A stretch of 17,257 bases of DNA from a virus. Taxonomy: Duplodnaviria > Heunggongvirae > Uroviricota > Caudoviricetes. The notes under the pieces are model-generated. The model had not been told where the DNA came from, ran no database searches, and worked only from the letters and a program-made list of their open reading frames with translations. A program made the translations under genes and the position numbers. Positions within the stretch are counted from its first letter, which is position 1; the number at the start of each line of letters is the position of its first letter. Below are positions 15,977-17,257 of this stretch, piece by piece. The DNA lies in IMG/VR virus record IMGVR_UViG_2778261676_000002. One strand, 5' to 3'.

Positions 15977-17257
15977 ATGAAATATCCGACAGGCGTGGAA
16001 AACCATGGAGGGAAATTACGTATCTGGTTTGTTTATAAAGACGTAAGAGTCAGGGAAAATCTGGGGGTTCCTGACACAGCAAAAAACAGGCGCGTTGCAG
16101 GTGAACTACGCTCCTCTGTTTGTTACGCAATAAAAACTGGTGTTTTCGACTATGCAAAACAGTTTCCCTCCTCACGCAATCTGGAAAAATTTGGTGAGGC
16201 CCGACAAGATTTAACCATAAAAGAACTGGCTGAAAAATTTCTGGCACTGAAAGAAACTGAAGTCGCCAAAACATCACTCAACACATACCGTGCCGTCATC
16301 AAAAATATCCTGAGCATAATCGGTGAAAAAAATCTTGCCTCATCGATTAATAAAGAAAAATTACTGGAGGTTCGTAAAGAGTTACTGACTGGATACCAGA
16401 TCCCCAAAAGTAACTATATTGTTACACAACCAGGGAGATCGGCTGTAACTGTAAATAATTACATGACAAATCTTAACGCCGTGTTCCAGTTTGGTGTTGA
16501 TAACGGTTACCTGGCAGATAATCCGTTTAAGGGGATCTCGCCATTAAAGGAATCAAGAACCATTCCGGATCCTCTTTCGCGGGAAGAATTTATCCGTCTT
16601 ATCGATGCGTGCAGAAATCAGCAAGCAAAAAATTTATGGTGTGTTTCTGTTTATACTGGAGTTCGCCCTGGTGAGCTGTGTGCACTTGGATGGGAGGACA
16701 TAGATCTGAAAAATGGAACAATGATGATCAGGAGAAATTTAGCAAAAGACCGTTTCACGGTACCAAAAACACAGGCGGGAACCAATCGGGTCATTCATCT
16801 TATTAAGCCAGCAATCGACGCTCTCCGGAGTCAGATGACATTAACGAGACTGAGCAAAGAGCATATCATTGATGTTCACCTCAGAGAGTATGGCAGAACA
16901 GAAAAACAAAAATGCACCTTTGTTTTTCAACCTGAAGTGTCAGCGAGAGTAAAAAATTATGGTGACCATTTTACCGTTGACTCAATAAGGCAGATGTGGG
17001 ACGCAGCGATAAAACGTGCCGGACTCCGCCATCGAAAATCATATCAGTCGAGACATACTTATGCCTGCTGGTCGCTGACAGCTGGTGCTAACCCGGCATT
17101 TATAGCAAACCAGATGGGCCATGCAGATGCGCAAATGGTATTTCAGGTATACGGAAAATGGATGTCTGAAAACAATAATGCACAGGTAGCTTTGTTAAAT
17201 ACACAGTTAAGCGAGTTTGCCCCAACCATGCCCCATAACGAAGCAATGAAAAATTAA
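15977..17257 (+). CDS. intQ: Tyrosine-type phage integrase, apparently full length (426 aa from ATG 15977)
   Basis: MKYPTGVENHGGKLRIWFVYK...; C-terminal catalytic region with R (YTGVRPGEL), HTYACW and downstream Tyr; GAGAGAAG 5 nt upstream of ATG 15977; stop TAA at the last three bases of the window. Confidence 0.85.
   Translation: MKYPTGVENHGGKLRIWFVYKDVRVRENLGVPDTAKNRRVAGELRSSVCYAIKTGVFDYAKQFPSSRNLEKFGEARQDLTIKELAEKFLALKETEVAKTSLNTYRAVIKNILSIIGEKNLASSINKEKLLEVRKELLTGYQIPKSNYIVTQPGRSAVTVNNYMTNLNAVFQFGVDNGYLADNPFKGISPLKESRTIPDPLSREEFIRLIDACRNQQAKNLWCVSVYTGVRPGELCALGWEDIDLKNGTMMIRRNLAKDRFTVPKTQAGTNRVIHLIKPAIDALRSQMTLTRLSKEHIIDVHLREYGRTEKQKCTFVFQPEVSARVKNYGDHFTVDSIRQMWDAAIKRAGLRHRKSYQSRHTYACWSLTAGANPAFIANQMGHADAQMVFQVYGKWMSENNNAQVALLNTQLSEFAPTMPHNEAMKN

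Noticed and set aside
15962-17257. ATG at 15962 as integrase start, and minus-strand ORFs 16050..16277 and 16150..16407
   Set aside because: The ATG at 15977 has a purine-rich SD at 5-nt spacing while 15962 has none; the minus-strand ORFs are antisense shadows.

Overview
This window reads as roughly 17 kb of a Qin-type lambdoid cryptic prophage of Escherichia coli, running from the late region to the integrase. All identifications are from reading the translated ORFs and sequence motifs, with gene names recalled from E. coli K-12; no database search was run. Positions 1-9700 look co-linear with K-12 Qin: ydfO, gnsB, ynfN, cspI, the lysis cassette on the minus strand (essQ pinholin, ydfR, rrrQ SAR-endolysin, rzpQ/rzoQ spanins), a small zinc-ribbon ORF, cspB, cspF, a PR'/tR'-like late promoter-terminator unit, quuQ, ydfU, an extra 92-aa ORF, rem, hokD, relE, relB with its relO operator, and flxA with a sigma-28 promoter. 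After flxA the window diverges from my memory of K-12: a DDE transposase sits where the dicC/dicA immunity genes would be, followed by an AT-rich small membrane-protein gene and a 95-codon ORF split by one in-frame amber codon. Then come dicB and ydfD, an 823-aa protein, an excisionase-like gene and an apparently intact tyrosine integrase. The most unusual object is that 823-aa protein: its middle region matches RecE (exonuclease VIII), but its C-terminus carries DnaQ-like DEDDh 3'-5' exonuclease motifs instead of the RecE nuclease domain, and no RecT-like annealase follows it. No CRISPR array, tRNA or rRNA was seen.
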